A stretch of 64,000 nt of DNA, from NCBI GenBank assembly GCA_051362555.1, contig CM120647.1:6572001-6636000 (forward strand), written 5' to 3'. How positions within the stretch are numbered: the stretch's first letter is position 1; every line of letters begins with the position of its first letter. The notes below the pieces were generated by a model. The model made no database searches. It had not been told where the DNA came from and saw only the letters and a program-made list of their open reading frames with translations. The stretch is from Lingula anatina (lineage: Eukaryota; Animalia; Brachiopoda). Shown here one piece after another: positions 39,822 through 53,634 of the stretch. Both the position numbers and the translations under genes were made by a program.

Positions 39822-40063
39822 AGCCTAGGTCCCAATAACGTTTTGGACGCACGGTTTTTAGGTTCCTTGCGTCCGGATAGGACGTAGCTAGATTGCAGGT
39901 ACGGAATCAAGTAATTGGTGTTGATCATGTCGAAAAGTTTCTACGTGCTGTTTGCGTCCCCCAAAAATCGCACGATGAACGTGCTCCTCACGCACGAACT
40001 TTTCCCCATTTTTTTGGCCGTAGACATACGTAGCAGCCCGTAGGTTCGGTTGGGACCAAGGCT
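39822..40063. mobile_element. Harbinger-like MITE
   Basis: TIR agcctaggtcccaa / ttgggaccaaggct; TTA on both sides. Confidence 0.75.
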
Positions 40064-40196
40064 TTAGCTAATCACATGTAGTATATATCAACTACTATAT
40101 ATCATGGCCACATATGTAGCGTAAAAAGCCAAGGTATGTGCAGTTACTCCTTGTACATATTATCTATGTATATAAATTATGTGTTAAAGAGACTAA

Positions 40197-40344
40197 GGGT
40201 GCTTTTCCGAGCGGGCACCATAGTTAATTACCCCCTTACAGCTTTTAGTAGGCGGGACAGACGCTTAAGCCGGCCAAGCTGACAGTTATCTAGTGAGACT
40301 CCCCACAGGGATAGATCGATCTAAAAATCTATGAAAATGGGGTG
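40197..40344. mobile_element. Internally deleted MITE family C copy
   Basis: taa|gggtgctttt ... aaatggggtg|taa; matches 42314-42539 minus ~78 bp. Confidence 0.8.
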
Positions 40345-40459
40345 TAAATTGGCAGTATCATATATCCACTGAACGTACTTCCGACTTTGGAGTTCAATGC
40401 CCTAGTAAAACATACATGAGCACACAGACGTATAATTAATTCATATTGAAACTTCTATT

Positions 40460-43400
40460 TAGTCCATGAGCCAAAGGCCAAAAAATCCAATTTGGCTGCA
40501 CCCCCCGTCAGGCAAAGGTTTTATGATTGATTCTTGTAGTTTAGAACCTGAATTTTTCATTTCTGCTTGTTTCCGGCTTGAAAAAGTGTCTGTTTGTACC
40601 GGAAACAGGCCAAATCCAAGATGGCCGCCAGTAAATTCATGTGTCAACTGTAAATACAAAAATTGATTTAAAAGTTACTTAACAACTTAATATTATCAAA
40701 ATTTGCACTGATCACAAGTACTTTGGCCTTCTTTGATTTTTCAGGCACTTTACATTTTTCAAGATGGCGACTGAATCCAAGATGGCGGCCATTTTCCTTA
40801 CTTTTTGTGAAAAAATACAAATACCTAAATTTGAATTTTTTTTATTAACCAAAAATTAGGAATATTTAACATGTTTTGATGTATTTGAATAATTTGAAGT
40901 CTATATTTTTAATTTTTACCAGTTAATTTATCACAAAATTGTACATTTGAACACAGATGGCTCTAATCCAAGATGGCCACCACATAAAATGGGCTTTTTG
41001 TTTTGATATGTCAACAAGCCTTTCTTAGTATAAAACATCTCAGACAACTTAATGGAGGATTTATTGCACAGGTCATGGTATGAAATGTATGACTGAATAA
41101 TTTAAATTGTTTTGAGATTTTGTTCAGGGTATAAAAATCCAAAATGGCCGCCAATTTCTGGATTCAAAACGTACATTATTTTGATTTGCATGTTAAAAAA
41201 CATTAAATTGAATAATTAGCAAATTAAAAATATTTATTTTTTGATAAATTTATCTGTATTGCAATCTCATTTTGCTTCTTGGACACTTCATTCTGTCAAA
41301 AAGTGGTTAATTTTTCTTCATTAATCATGATTCCAAGTTTGCCATTCATAAAAATGAACTGCACGCTACCCGTATGGACAATACCATATGTTATGAGCCT
41401 TACTTAAAAGGCTATTTCTGAGCTTTATTGTTCAAGTAATGGAATGGAATATATAACTGAATGATTCAAAATGCTTTTAGGCTTGTACTAGTAGTTTAGG
41501 GTTGAAAAGTCCAAAATGGCCGTCAATTTCTGGATTCAAAACAAACGACATTTTGATTTGCATGTTGAAAAGCATCAAACTGAATGATTGGCAAATGATT
41601 ATATTTTGATAAACTGCAGTGTCCTTTTGCTGTTTAGAATCTAATTTTTCCAAAAAGTAATTATCAAAGCTCCAATCATCAAAAATATCCAAGATGGCCA
41701 CCAACAAAAAATGAATTTTATGTAAACATGGATGAAAACACACTGTTGAGTCGTAATTTTATACATGCCTGTACTTAATAAGGTTGAGTGAATCTCAAAT
41801 GCTTTGCCGTTTTCTTGAACAGAAATTGATGCATAACACACAAGGGACAGCAATTTTTTTCAGCAGCAACTATATAGGTTAGTAAAATGACAATTTTCAA
41901 TATTGCAGACAAAATGCATGCCCAAAACGCCCTGACAAAAGTGACGTACATCATTTACAACTTAAGGATCAATAGTTTGTTATATGGGGGGTGGGCTGTA
42001 AAATTTAATTTAGCACTTCTATTGTTACATTTCAAATGGACTTGGGTTACTGGTACATTGCTTGTTGAAAGTTCCCTGTCAAGCTTGATGAAACAGCCAG
42101 GATCTCAGTCAAAAAAGGGACTTACTGGTAGTAGTGATAAGATTTCTCACATTCTGCTAGGTGTTGATCGTAAAGAAGAATCAGAATTATCCTAACCTCA
42201 AGCAACCAAAAGGTAAAATATTTAATTTATCTGAAAAAAAGGGATGGATAACATGCAGCTGTAGCATTATTCTACATGTATAAATCCGGGAAGCAATCAT
42301 TATCATAAACTAAGGGTGCTTTCCCAGAGATTTAGATTGATCTAGAGATTAAGATTTAGATCGAACTAACTCCCTGGGGGTTCACGCTAAATTGCAGTCA
42401 GCCGAGCGGGCACTATAATTAATTACCCCCTTACAGCTTTTAGTAGGCGGGACAGACGCTTAAGCCAGCCAAGCTGACAGTAATCTAGTGAAACTCCCCA
42501 CAGGGATAGATCGATCTAAAAATCTTTGGAAATGGGGTGTAAGACCAGCAAAGAAGTTGCAAGAAAATGTCTGGATCTCCAAGAACATCTTTTGTCTCTT
42601 TAGAAAACAGTGCTGGATAATAATTAATACATTCAGGGAACTCATGAAGTGGTGCTGCAAAGTGAAGTACATTGATGGTGAATGATGTATGGCACATGTA
42701 AGTGACGATGAAGGAGTTCAAGCACAACATGACAAATGATGTTTATGATACAATGTATATATAGGTGCAGGTAATTCTTGCACTTCACGGATAGGTACTG
42801 CTCAATATGTTCCATGAATTCTTTTAAAATCCAACATTATTCTGAGGAAAAATATTTGGAGATCCAAACATTGGAGAAACACAGACTAAAACAAACTTTC
42901 TTAATAAACTAATTAACAAATAGATCACCACCAAAATCTACTTACTTTTAGCCTAAAAAATGACCTATCCTGAACACTTCATTTAAGTCTATCCTGAAGT
43001 TTTTGAGGTGTTTGCACACAACCTTTGGCATCATCAGGCAAGCCAGAGTAACTATTACAGAAGTTTTAAACAGGCATTTCTGTGCTAAAGAAGACTAAGT
43101 AGACTTGGACATGTGAACTAGATGAATGTTGCATAGCAAAATCCCAAAACAGCTGTCACCTGTACTATTTGACCAATTGGTTTTGGGTAGCAATCTCAGA
43201 GGAAGACCATGAGACTTAAGGACTGAAACTTGCAAAAGCAGCCTGTTTACCGTAATTCCACACAGTGACACGCTGGCAAAGGAGTAAACATTATCTAGAG
43301 CAAAGTAGAATAAATCTGTCTCTCAAAGAAAGACTAAAAGAAGTCAACAACTTGCTACAGCAAAATGAATAGACTTTTGAAGCAAAATCACCATGAAATA

Positions 43401-45922
43401 CTGACATAAACCCTGTAACACCTCCCTTGCTTGTAGATTCTAAAACAGAACTTGCTTATAAAACATGGAAAAGATGAGCCATGAGAGAATCCGACTTTAG
43501 AAGACTATGGATGCCAAATTGAGACATACATTGCTGCATAAGACTCTTAACTTGAGTGGTGACCATATTGAATATTGTAGACATGAAACTGGTTTAAAAT
43601 ATAAAAAAATTAAACTTCTTAATAAAGGCTTAACTTTTTAAAATGATGTATTCAAGAAATACTTGATGTAATGATTGTCCTAGCCCCATTATTTGAAAAT
43701 CATTTGCAGTGGCAGCCCATCTTGACTTTATTGATGTTTTTGACCATTACTTACTAGCAAAAGGAGACTGGAATTCAATCAAATTAATTAAATGTATAAC
43801 TTTTTAGAATTAACATTTGATTTCGATTATTTTTACTTTTTTATTTACATGAATGGCTTAAGGTAAGAATTCACAGTTAATAGTAGTATGGTTGCCATCT
43901 TGGATATCCTGTCATATTTGAAACATTTGAAATATTTTAAAAAGAGAAAGCTTCGAAATCATACCAAAATAGGAAAAAGGAGTCTGCAATATATACAGTT
44001 TTATCAAAAACATGTACATTACGCCTTTTATATTCATTTTCAATGCAGTTTGATTTTTTCTCATTACGTACAGAGAATTTATGGGCAAAAAATCAGAAGG
44101 GATCATTTGTTCAATGTAGCCTTCCAAGAATTTGAACTGTATTAAACAATACTGTAGATGAATTATTGCATGAAAAAGACATTCAATTTGAAATCTAGAA
44201 AGACATAAAGCTTTCGTTCATAATCAACTCACTATAATCAACTCTTTTTCATTGGTAGCCGTCATTGATTTATGGCAATCAAGTAAAATATGATGAATTT
44301 AAGGATATGAATGGTCAAAGTAGCAAGAAAGGCCTGGATGTTAAAGATACATTAAAGATATATGTCACAGTGGTTTTAAAATAATGTTTCTTTAATTTCT
44401 CTCTCTCTATATATATATATTATTAGTAATGAATCAGATAAATTAGCATATTTAATGTACGTAATAGCAGCCATCTTGAATATTAATTGCAATGTTAAAA
44501 TCTGAGAAAGTTTCTTTGAAATAATTCAAAGAAAAAGTTATTTAGGATAAAAAGTAATTTAAAAATGAGTTCAAAAAAGTACAGAAATACTGTGTACGCA
44601 GTTTAGTAAGGCTCTCAACGTGGTATTGTCCATACAGGTAGTTGCAGTTCATTTTCAACAATGGCCAACTTGGAATCATGATAAATGAAGCAAAAATAAT
44701 CACTTTTTGACAGAATGAAGTCTCCAAGAAACAAAATGAGATTGCAATACAAATAAATTTATCAAAAAATAAATATCTTTAATTTGCTAATTATTCAATT
44801 TGATGTTTTTCAACATGCAAATCAAAATAATGTATGTTTTGGATCCAGAAATTGACGGCCATTTTGGACTTTTCAACCCTAAACTATAAGCCTAAAACCA
44901 TTTTGAATCATTCAGTTATATATTCCATTCCATTACTTGAACAATAAAGCTCAGAAATAGCCTTTTAAGTAAGGCTCACAACATGTGGTATTGTCCATAC
45001 GGGTAGCGTGCAGTTCATTTTTATCAATGGCAAACTTGGAATCATGATAAATGAAGAAAAATTAACCACTTTTTGACAGAATAAAGTGTCTAAGAAGCAA
45101 AATGACATTGCAATACAGATAAATTTATCAAAAAATAAATGTTTTTAATTTACTTATTATTCAGTTAATGTTTTTTAACATACAAATCAAAATAATGTAC
45201 GTTTTGAATCCAGAAATTGGCGGCCATTTTGGATTTTTATACCCTGAACAAAATCTCAAAACAATTTAAATTATTCAGTCATACATTTCATACCATGACC
45301 TGTGCAATAATTCCTCCATTAAGTAGTCTGAGATGTTTTATACTAAGAAAGGCTTGTTGACATATCAAAACAAAAAGCCCATTTTATGTGGTGGCCATCT
45401 TGGATTAGAGCCATCTGTGTTCAAATGTACAATTATGTGATAAATTAACTGGTAAAAATTAAAAATATAGACTTCAACTTATTCAAATACATCAAAACAT
45501 GTTAAATATTCCTAATTTTTGGTTAATAAAAAAAAATTTCAAATTTAGGTATTTGTATTTTTTTCACAAAAAGTAAGGAAATGGCCGCCATCTTGGATTC
45601 AGTCGCCATCTTGAAAAATGTAAAGTGCCTGAAAAATCAAAGAAGGCCAAAGTACTTGTGATCAGTGCAAATTTTGAAAATATTAAGTTGTTAAGTAACT
45701 TTTAAATCAATTTTTGTATTTACAGTTGACACATGAATTTACTGGTGGCCATCTTGGATTTGGCCTGTTTCCGGTACAAACGGACACTTTTTCAAGCCGG
45801 AAACAAGCAGAAATGAAAAATTCAGGTTCTAAACTACAAGAATCAATCATAAAACCTTTGCCTGACGGGGGGTGCAGCCAAATCCTTAAATAAGGCCTTT
45901 TTTCAATTTGGCTCATGGACTA
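40460..45922. mobile_element. 5.46-kb non-autonomous or decayed DNA transposon with ~1.1-kb TIRs, Academ-like
   Basis: Termini TAGTCCATGAGCCAAA / TTTGGCTCATGGACTA; 3-bp TSD ATT (40457-40459, 45923-45925); inverted homology ~40460-41596 versus ~44783-45922; repeated CAAGATGGC motifs; no intact transposase ORF. Superfamily call rests on TAG termini and 3-bp TSD and is less certain than the boundaries. Confidence 0.85.
42314..42539. mobile_element. MITE family C copy nested in the Academ-like element
   Basis: taa|gggtgctttcccagag ... ctttggaaatggggtg|taa; body is the reverse complement of the 37457-type body. Confidence 0.8.
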
Positions 45923-47512
45923 ATTCTTTTGAACTGAACGCAAAATCAAATCAGGGTCGTCACCAGTAAACGGTTACAAACGGGCGTGGACCCCATATAC
46001 TAGTATGCATGTATGTTTGTAATAATATTAGTGATTGAAACAAATTTTTTTTACATTTATCTTTTAAAGGTGTTTGTATATGTAAATAAATAAATAAATA
46101 AATAAATATCTTCTGTGGGCACATCCCCAACAAAACTATTGTTCTATGTAGATCGATCCAACTCCTCGGGGACTCTCGCTTAATGCAACCAGAGGATCAG
46201 ATTAATAGACCTCCTTTAGTTTCCGACGTACTCGTATAATCACATTTTTTTTCTATATTTAACTTAACGCCTGGAGAAGACAGCATATTAAAACAGATTA
46301 AAACATCTGTTAAGCTGATTGCATTCAGCAAGAGCGCTTGCGGAGTTAGGTAGATCTGTATGTACGTATTCAACGAGGAATGAACCCTATATGGTTCACC
46401 AATTATTCACAATCGACTTTAATCGCCGATAAGTCTATTTGTAGGCTTTTTTATCGAATCTCGGACCCCGTTTTATCTTTGCCATCATCTTTCCGGGTTC
46501 GTCTGCTCTTCTTTCTGCACTTTACGTCACTGTATTAGAATTACTGCGTGTCGTTAGTTATTTGCTTTCTATTTTCGTCCCCAGCGTTCTATATTTAGAA
46601 GCAGTGAACACTCCCGAACACTCCTAAAACGCATGTACTGATCTTATAAGTCGGTTGAACTGGGTTTATTCTAGTCAAAATAGATAGACGTACATGGTTG
46701 AGACACTTAGACGTCTAATAGATGGACGTAATTAATACTTTAAAACAGCCCAATTGATTCCGTATTCTGTTGTTGCTCTGCTCATATATATAATGATTGT
46801 GCCTGGTCAGATATATATTAGGCTTAAGGATCCAATAATAGAAGTAGCTAACACTCTTTCGAATTGCTTCTATTGATTTTGTATAGTCTCGTGAACTTGT
46901 GTACGTCTTCGTTGAAACAATTTTAGAACGGATGTGTGTGGCATTCGTGTTCGCGATTTAAAAATAGGTATTAACTTAATGCTAAGAAAAAAGTCCATTT
47001 CGTATAAATATCCGCAGATTGTTTTGCTTGATTGCTGTTTGGCACAGGTTCACTGCTTACTTTACACCAGTAAAGGATTTCATAACTTAATTGTGTTTTT
47101 GCACTAGGAATAAAGCAGTGATATTTCTTCAATCAACAACTTGTATTGGGTTTGCTGTCCACCCCCGATACATCGACGTGATTAATACTGATTAAAATAT
47201 TGGATGTAAACTACAACGCCAATACTATTTGTTGATGAATGAAAAAAAAAAAGATTGATAAGAATAAAGCCTGGGATCAGGTGCACGAGATGGAGTGACT
47301 ACTGAGTCTTCTAGTTATTGTTGCCTCCACGACTCTCTTAAACGATGTAATTTGTATCACAAAAATCACAACGAAGATTACTTGTGAAGTTACTCAATAC
47401 GGTATTTTCGCGGCAGATAAAAAAATATAAAATGTCACCGAAAAAAATAAATTTTCTTCTCATAATTTGATGCTCGTCCTTGGATTGGGCGTTTTGTGTC
47501 ATATCTACTTTA

Positions 47513-48176
47513 GGTCCCCGTCACTCTTATTCGGAAACAGCAGGAATCAAGCAGAACCAGCCGGAATGATTAAATTTAAAAACCCGTACTACATTCGGGA
47601 AGAAATATCAAATTGACCTAAATTCTTGTAAGAATGCCGTTGGAATACTCAGAATGCGCTTGAATCCGCCTGGAATGATTCGTGCACATTTTGCCTGTAT
47701 TAGCTCTCAAATGCAGCTCGAATGTAGTTGGAAAACTAGGAATCTCAATAATGCTGTCAGAATACAGTCAGAATATTTAGAATACACTTCGAATGCCGTA
47801 CGAGTGTAGTTCGATTGCTGGGTGAAATAGGATCGAGATGCATTCACTTTGTATTCTGGCTCATTCTAGCAGGATTTGAAGTGTCTTGCCATTTCGGTTC
47901 TCCCTCGAATGTGATCAGAATGTTTCGAATGCTGTTGGAATGCCGTGAGAATATTTAGAATGCAGTCATAGTGGAGTAAGAATACTATTCAAATGCCATT
48001 CGATAATTTTTCACTTGGAATGCAAATTTTAACATAAGCAAAACATTCGGGCCGGCCACAAGAATGGGTTACAATATTTGGAATTTTTAGAATGCTCTTC
48101 GAATATCCAGGAACGCACGAAGATTTGTCTTTCCGACGGCATTCTTGTTCATTCCGCCTCTTGTGTGACGGGGGTA
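47513..48176. mobile_element. Harbinger-like non-autonomous element with dense GAAT/ATTC motifs
   Basis: TIR ccccgtcac / gtgacgggg; TTA on both sides; many gaatg / cattc motifs. Confidence 0.75.
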
Positions 48177-48870
48177 TTAGCAACTTCTGGGTATCCTGAT
48201 ACGTTGAAGCCGCTGTCCCTTCCTTGCGGTGCCGAAAGAAATATCGGCATCGCGCAATGCTATTTGAGTCTCTTGGAACCATTTTTAGGCCTGGACTGGA
48301 GAGGATATATTGATGTGCATCACATTTCAAAATAAATATGTGATTTTGGCACAGCTCCATATGCCTGTAATTGTAAAGTATGGTTTTCAAATATGACTTG
48401 CATGGATTAAGATGTCTAGACGCGATACGTTTGTCACTGATATTGACAAAAATACGAACCTCTGTTCATTGCTGGGTTAAGATACGATATTTTCTCCAAT
48501 ACGGATACGCAGACGCCTCTTATCTATTCAACTGAGAGGAAACCAATACTGGTGATAATGCATTGAAATATTGACGGGTCCACGGAGACTTGCTAGGAGC
48601 TGTGTGAAAAAAAAATAAATAAATAAAAACTCTCTTCGCTACGTCAATATAAAACTAGTACATACAAAGATATATTTTACATTTTTAGGACATGGTGATG
48701 GAAACGTGTTTGATCTTGCCCCGTTATACTGGTGATTTTTCTATGGGTTGGGGGGGGGGGGGGTGAGGGTTAGGAGAAGGTAAATAGGAATTATATCAGC
48801 TAATAGTTAAGGGAGTGACACGTAGGGTCTACGTCCTTATCCAGTTATGAGACCCCTTATAATGGCACGT

Positions 48871-49152
48871 CCCGCACGAAAATGAAGTAGATACTCCAGC
48901 GCAGTAGACTACTGCAATCATACTGCAAACATGCTTCAAATCTGCTTCGAAGTGGGAGCTAATTAGCATATGAAACATGCTTCTATCATGCTGCTAATCT
49001 ACTGCATTTATGCTCCTCCTCTGTACAACCCTATGTAATTTTTGAAGTAGAATTGCAGTAGGCTATACTGCATTTCTACTGCAAATATGCTCCACACCAC
49101 TACTGCGTTAATGCTTCTTTGCTACTTCGATACTACTGCATTTTCTTGCGGG
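48871..49152. mobile_element. EnSpm/CACTA-like MITE
   Basis: TIR cccgcacgaaaatgaagtag / ctactgcattttcttgcggg; 2-bp TSD GT; internal ctactgca repeats. Confidence 0.75.
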
Positions 49153-49679
49153 GTGATATAAGAAATTGATAAATGTTACAAAACATACTGGACACATTAA
49201 ATGACTGGTCGTGTGTCATTGGTATCTCTCTGATGTATGTATACTCTATGGCAGATGATTGGCAGTAAAAGCGACATCTATCGACTAATTGTTATTGATC
49301 ACGTGGGATCCTCGCAGGTGTTATCGACTCCGGTCACGGTTTTGATGACAATTAAGCGCCGTGGATTGGGGATTATCTGATTTTGCCACTTCAAATCGAC
49401 TTTTATTTCCAAAGGGATGTTTCATGATGGGGAAAATTAATGAACTTAAGCTCCTCTTGAAGTGCGGCCCCACTTCGTTTAATCTGTTTGCATAAACGTT
49501 GATTGTTACATTGATGTTTGCGCAATATAATTAAAAAAGCTTGTACTGCAAAACGAGCCATGTAGTCTTCGCATCTCAAGGTTGGAGTACCTTGTTGAAA
49601 TAAAAACTGATGAGAGTTGTTTTCTCAATTATGGTACTTAAAACTGGCGAACAAGTTTTGAACGTTTCGAAACCACCGT

Positions 49680-49825
49680 AGGGGACCGTAGCAAAAGTCC
49701 GAAGGTTCAAAGGTTCATTGGTCCGAATGTTCACTACAGAACCTTTGGACCAATGAACCCTTTATTAAAAAAAAAAAAAACTGAAAATGGTACCAATGAA
49801 CCTTCGGACTATCGAGACGCCCCCG
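49680..49825. mobile_element. Small palindromic MITE-like repeat
   Basis: agtccgaaggttca / tgaaccttcggact and ggttcattggtcc / ggaccaatgaacc inverted pairs. Confidence 0.55.
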
Positions 49826-50190
49826 AAACCAGTGCTAACGATTCAAATTCATCTAACAAACTCCAAGATATTTCATCCTTCACCCAGTTTTGGTCGCTGT
49901 GAAGAATGATGGTGATATTATTTTGTGGCGGGGACTAGAGATCTTCTGCCTTCCCCTGTCTGTCTGATTATGAAGTTATACACTGTATATGGTGGGTGGT
50001 TGGTCCATGTACCTTCTTCCATTTTTGTCGCATTCCCTTTCAGGAGAGATCACTGCATCATGGTCTAAGGTGGATCGTTTCCTTTTATAGCACGTTTTAA
50101 TCGACAATTTCCTTCTCTAGTGTTTGGCATAGAGAACCTTATTATCAATCATTGTTAGTATACATTTATGACAAGTAAAATTACCTCGTG

Positions 50191-50221
<31 letters not shown>

Positions 50222-51084
50222 TCGTGGAATAAGTCTTACGGATTGTATTGCCTTTATTTCCCGTTTGCAGTTCAACTGCGGTTTCATTCCCCAACGTGGT
50301 ATTGGTAATCGGTGTCAATGCCACCGACAGGTTGATAATGAGTGAGATACATTTATACGAAACTAGGAACTTCAACTATAAATAGAGTTCGTGCATGAAT
50401 GCCTTTAAATGTGTGTGCACGTGTATGTGAGTAAGTCCTCGCGTGCGTATTTGGTGTGCATGACAGTATGTGTGGATGTGTATATTTGTGGTAGGCCGTT
50501 GGTTTCGAAGGCAAACTAACGTACGTTCATGCCTTCCACGGCGACATCCAAATGGTCCTTGAATTTCAATAGTATATTTCAAAAATTCGAACTCTGTTCC
50601 ATTCAGTTCATTAAGACAGCGCAGGTCGAACATTGTACGCAATGGCTTTTGGCGTTAATTATGGATATCTTTGTGAATGACAGAACGAATGTAAACTGGC
50701 GGTAGCATGAATAAGTTATGTCTCAAAAGAAACCTACTAAAAGAATAGAAACAATGTACGGTTACGTGTTGAACTGTTCTGTAGGCCTAATACTGCAACA
50801 AGCTCAAGGACACACTGCGGCTGTGTGTGCAAGGTGTCTCCTTCAGACCAATAATTAAAAACACAGAAAGTCAGTTCGCTAAACTTGTTTGAGTTTAACT
50901 TGTCTTCTTTTAACGGTCCATGTGTTAAAATTGTCGTCTTGTAATTATCGTATGAGGTTAAACCTGTCGTCAAGTGATGGCCATGTTGCAAGTTTGTCTA
51001 GCTTGTTATAGTTGTATGTAAAGCGTGTCCTTAGAAATGGCCAAACATAACTTAAACATAAATATTCTTGAAATGAACAAACCG

Positions 51085-51088
<4 letters not shown>

Positions 51089-51149
<61 letters not shown>
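51089..51149. repeat. (TA)n microsatellite
   Basis: Directly visible. Confidence 0.95.
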
Positions 51150-51151
<2 letters not shown>

Positions 51152-53452
51152 CGTATGCTACACTGGCCTTTTTGAAATAGTCAAATGGTCAGATTTTTGC
51201 TGTTACGGTTTTATTGTCAAGCTGCCTTCTTGAGTTAATTTTGCAACATGAAGGACGCTGAAACGGTTGTGTGCATAAATGCCGTTCATTTCACTTGCAA
51301 TGGGCATGTCATGAACATTTCTTAGACATTGTGTATGACAAACACAAGGGCAGTCACACGTCCATCTTTCGCTTACGCCTGCTTTCTTCCTAAATCGTTT
51401 TGTCATGACCGTGTGTTTAGTATTTCTTTATTATTGCATATTTAGCAAAGCGAAGCACCTTCGACAGTCGTGCATTTAACTGACCAGTTTTCTAGCTTAC
51501 ATCATCATGTCATGACCATGTGTTAAATATTCCTAAAACATTGCCTGTTTAACAACGCAAAGGACCCTGGACAGCCGTGCGTTTAATCGCCCTTGTGGTT
51601 CTACTGAGTAACGGTCGCTTTGCATAGACTTAAGACAATAGTCACAGATCAATATCAGAATATGCCAAGATGTGACGGAGATAGCTGGTCTCGGATAATC
51701 GGATAATCCATGCAGAATCGATTTTTCATCAGCATTTCACAGTTTCACACGCTCAAGGGCCACTGGGTCGGCGTTTTGGCATGGTTACAAGGGAGCCGTT
51801 AACAAAGTGAAATGAGACGCTTTTCTCGTTATAAGCAGCGACAGGGCAGGGATTAATGCGGAGCTGTGTTTCTGGTATAGTGACAGCCGGAAGTCCATTG
51901 AGAATTCAGGGAGCATTCAGAAAGAGTTGATCGGCGGACTAAGGCCGCGTTCACATCAAGTTGAGCCATGGCTCTACAAAGCCACGACCTAAATATGGCG
52001 GACGTGCATGAAAGGAAAACCGCCTAATATTTTAATAGTCTCTCCGCCTCTCACACGCCTTTCCATGTGTCGTCCCAATGGAGCCGAGATTTAATGACTG
52101 TGCCCCCGCAGGGACGACGCTTGGGGAAGCGTGTGACTAAAAGGGAATAATAGAGCTGAGAATAATGGGATGATCAAAGGTTAAATATAAAGACAGCCTA
52201 TCTCCATACAAAGTTAAGATAAACACAAAACCTGTTTTAAATTTTGTCTATATATATAGAATACATACCGTGCCATCCACTCCAGTTTATTTTATTTCCA
52301 TTTGTCATAAGCCGATTAAACTGTCTTATGTGTTTCTAGTATTTTGACATCGCACTGAATACAATTATGTGGACCAGGACGCTAGTATTAATACCATTGT
52401 TTTATGGCTGTCTAATTATAACAATAAAACATAATGGAAATGAAATGAAACTAGCAAGATATAAGACGCAGAATGCTTAAACAGCTTCCCCTTTATCATA
52501 CGTCAAAGAGCCCATCTAAGTATCTGATACATGATGCTCATCATTTCCTAGAAATAACCAGGTTATCGTCCTCGTAGTCATTCCTAGAACACTCATGATG
52601 CTTTACGATATCGATGCTTCATTGAAAACTATCTCATATATCTCTCCTTCAATAACGCTATCTGTCCAAACACAGTGTTTATTCTTTATAATAGCGATCC
52701 ACTCAAGAAAGGCAACAAATCAATTGTTACACTTCATTTTCTAGGAATCCCATTTGTAATTGAGACGATCAAAATTGATATATTTCCCTAAAGAAACAAC
52801 AGGTTGCGTCAACTCTGACTAGATCTGCTAATGATACTTTCATATTTGTAAAAAAAATATGAAAATATTCATGCTGATATTTAGTTCAATGCCCTTTTCT
52901 TTGTCTGTTGTATAGATTATTAAAACATTTAGATAGTTGATTTCATTTTTTTATTCAATTTTCATTTATGTTATTTTGTATTCTTTGTTTATATCCTTTT
53001 TAATTTTATTTATGCCAAAGTATTAATTGTAAAGATTATATTTTATTTGCTTATCTGTCTATCATCTGTATGTTTTTTTCATGTTGGTAGAGGACAAAGC
53101 ATAAAGTACAAAGCACCAATTTTGCAGCAGTACACCACTTCATGTGCACTTGCCGAGATATACACTTACGAGTTATCTGCGTTGACAGTTGAAGTGTTTT
53201 TATCTGGATATATCGACGATCGTTTCTTGGAAGTGAGGATATTAATCGAAAGTTTACATGGATGAATGTGTATTTAAGAACAACATAAAATGTCATTGAC
53301 AGACCGAGAAGTGCGTGTAGAGTGGCAATAATAACGACTGTAATGACAGTTATCTAAAGAAGTATCGGACACATTTGTACTTTCAAGCACAGGAAATACT
53401 GGGAAAACTCGCCTCTTTACTTTCACCACGCCTCTGCTGTTTCTAGAAACAC

Positions 53453-53634
53453 CAGGTGTAACAGAGATGCTAGGAACCGCCAGGAACCGTAGTTCGCTCC
53501 CCTTTACTTTATACAGGTGACATGCGTCCCATATACAAACCCAATACTCCAACTACTATAACCCTAACCTGTACTTATCGTATGGAAACCCGGACTTCCA
53601 TCCATTCCTAGGACTTCTATTCCTGTTACACCTG
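53453..53634. mobile_element. MITE family A copy 4
   Basis: caggtgtaacag ... attcctgttacacctg; same body as 2768. Confidence 0.8.

Noticed and set aside
40466-45916. Two nearly identical small ORFs (IWLHPPSGKGF...) on opposite strands
   Set aside because: They are the two TIR arms of the transposon, not duplicated genes.
40460-45922. RAG/Transib identity for the large element
   Set aside because: Termini are TAG rather than CAC and the TSD is 3 bp rather than 5 bp; only the spacer asymmetry is analogous.
47513-48176. Regularly recurring GAAT motifs resembling a repeat-spacer array
   Set aside because: No fixed repeat or spacer length; bounded by TIRs and a TTA TSD; eukaryotic context with no cas genes.
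51650-52200. GC-richer intronic island as candidate channel exon 2 or enhancer
   Set aside because: No YGH/M2 peptide found and no evidence for enhancer function from sequence alone.
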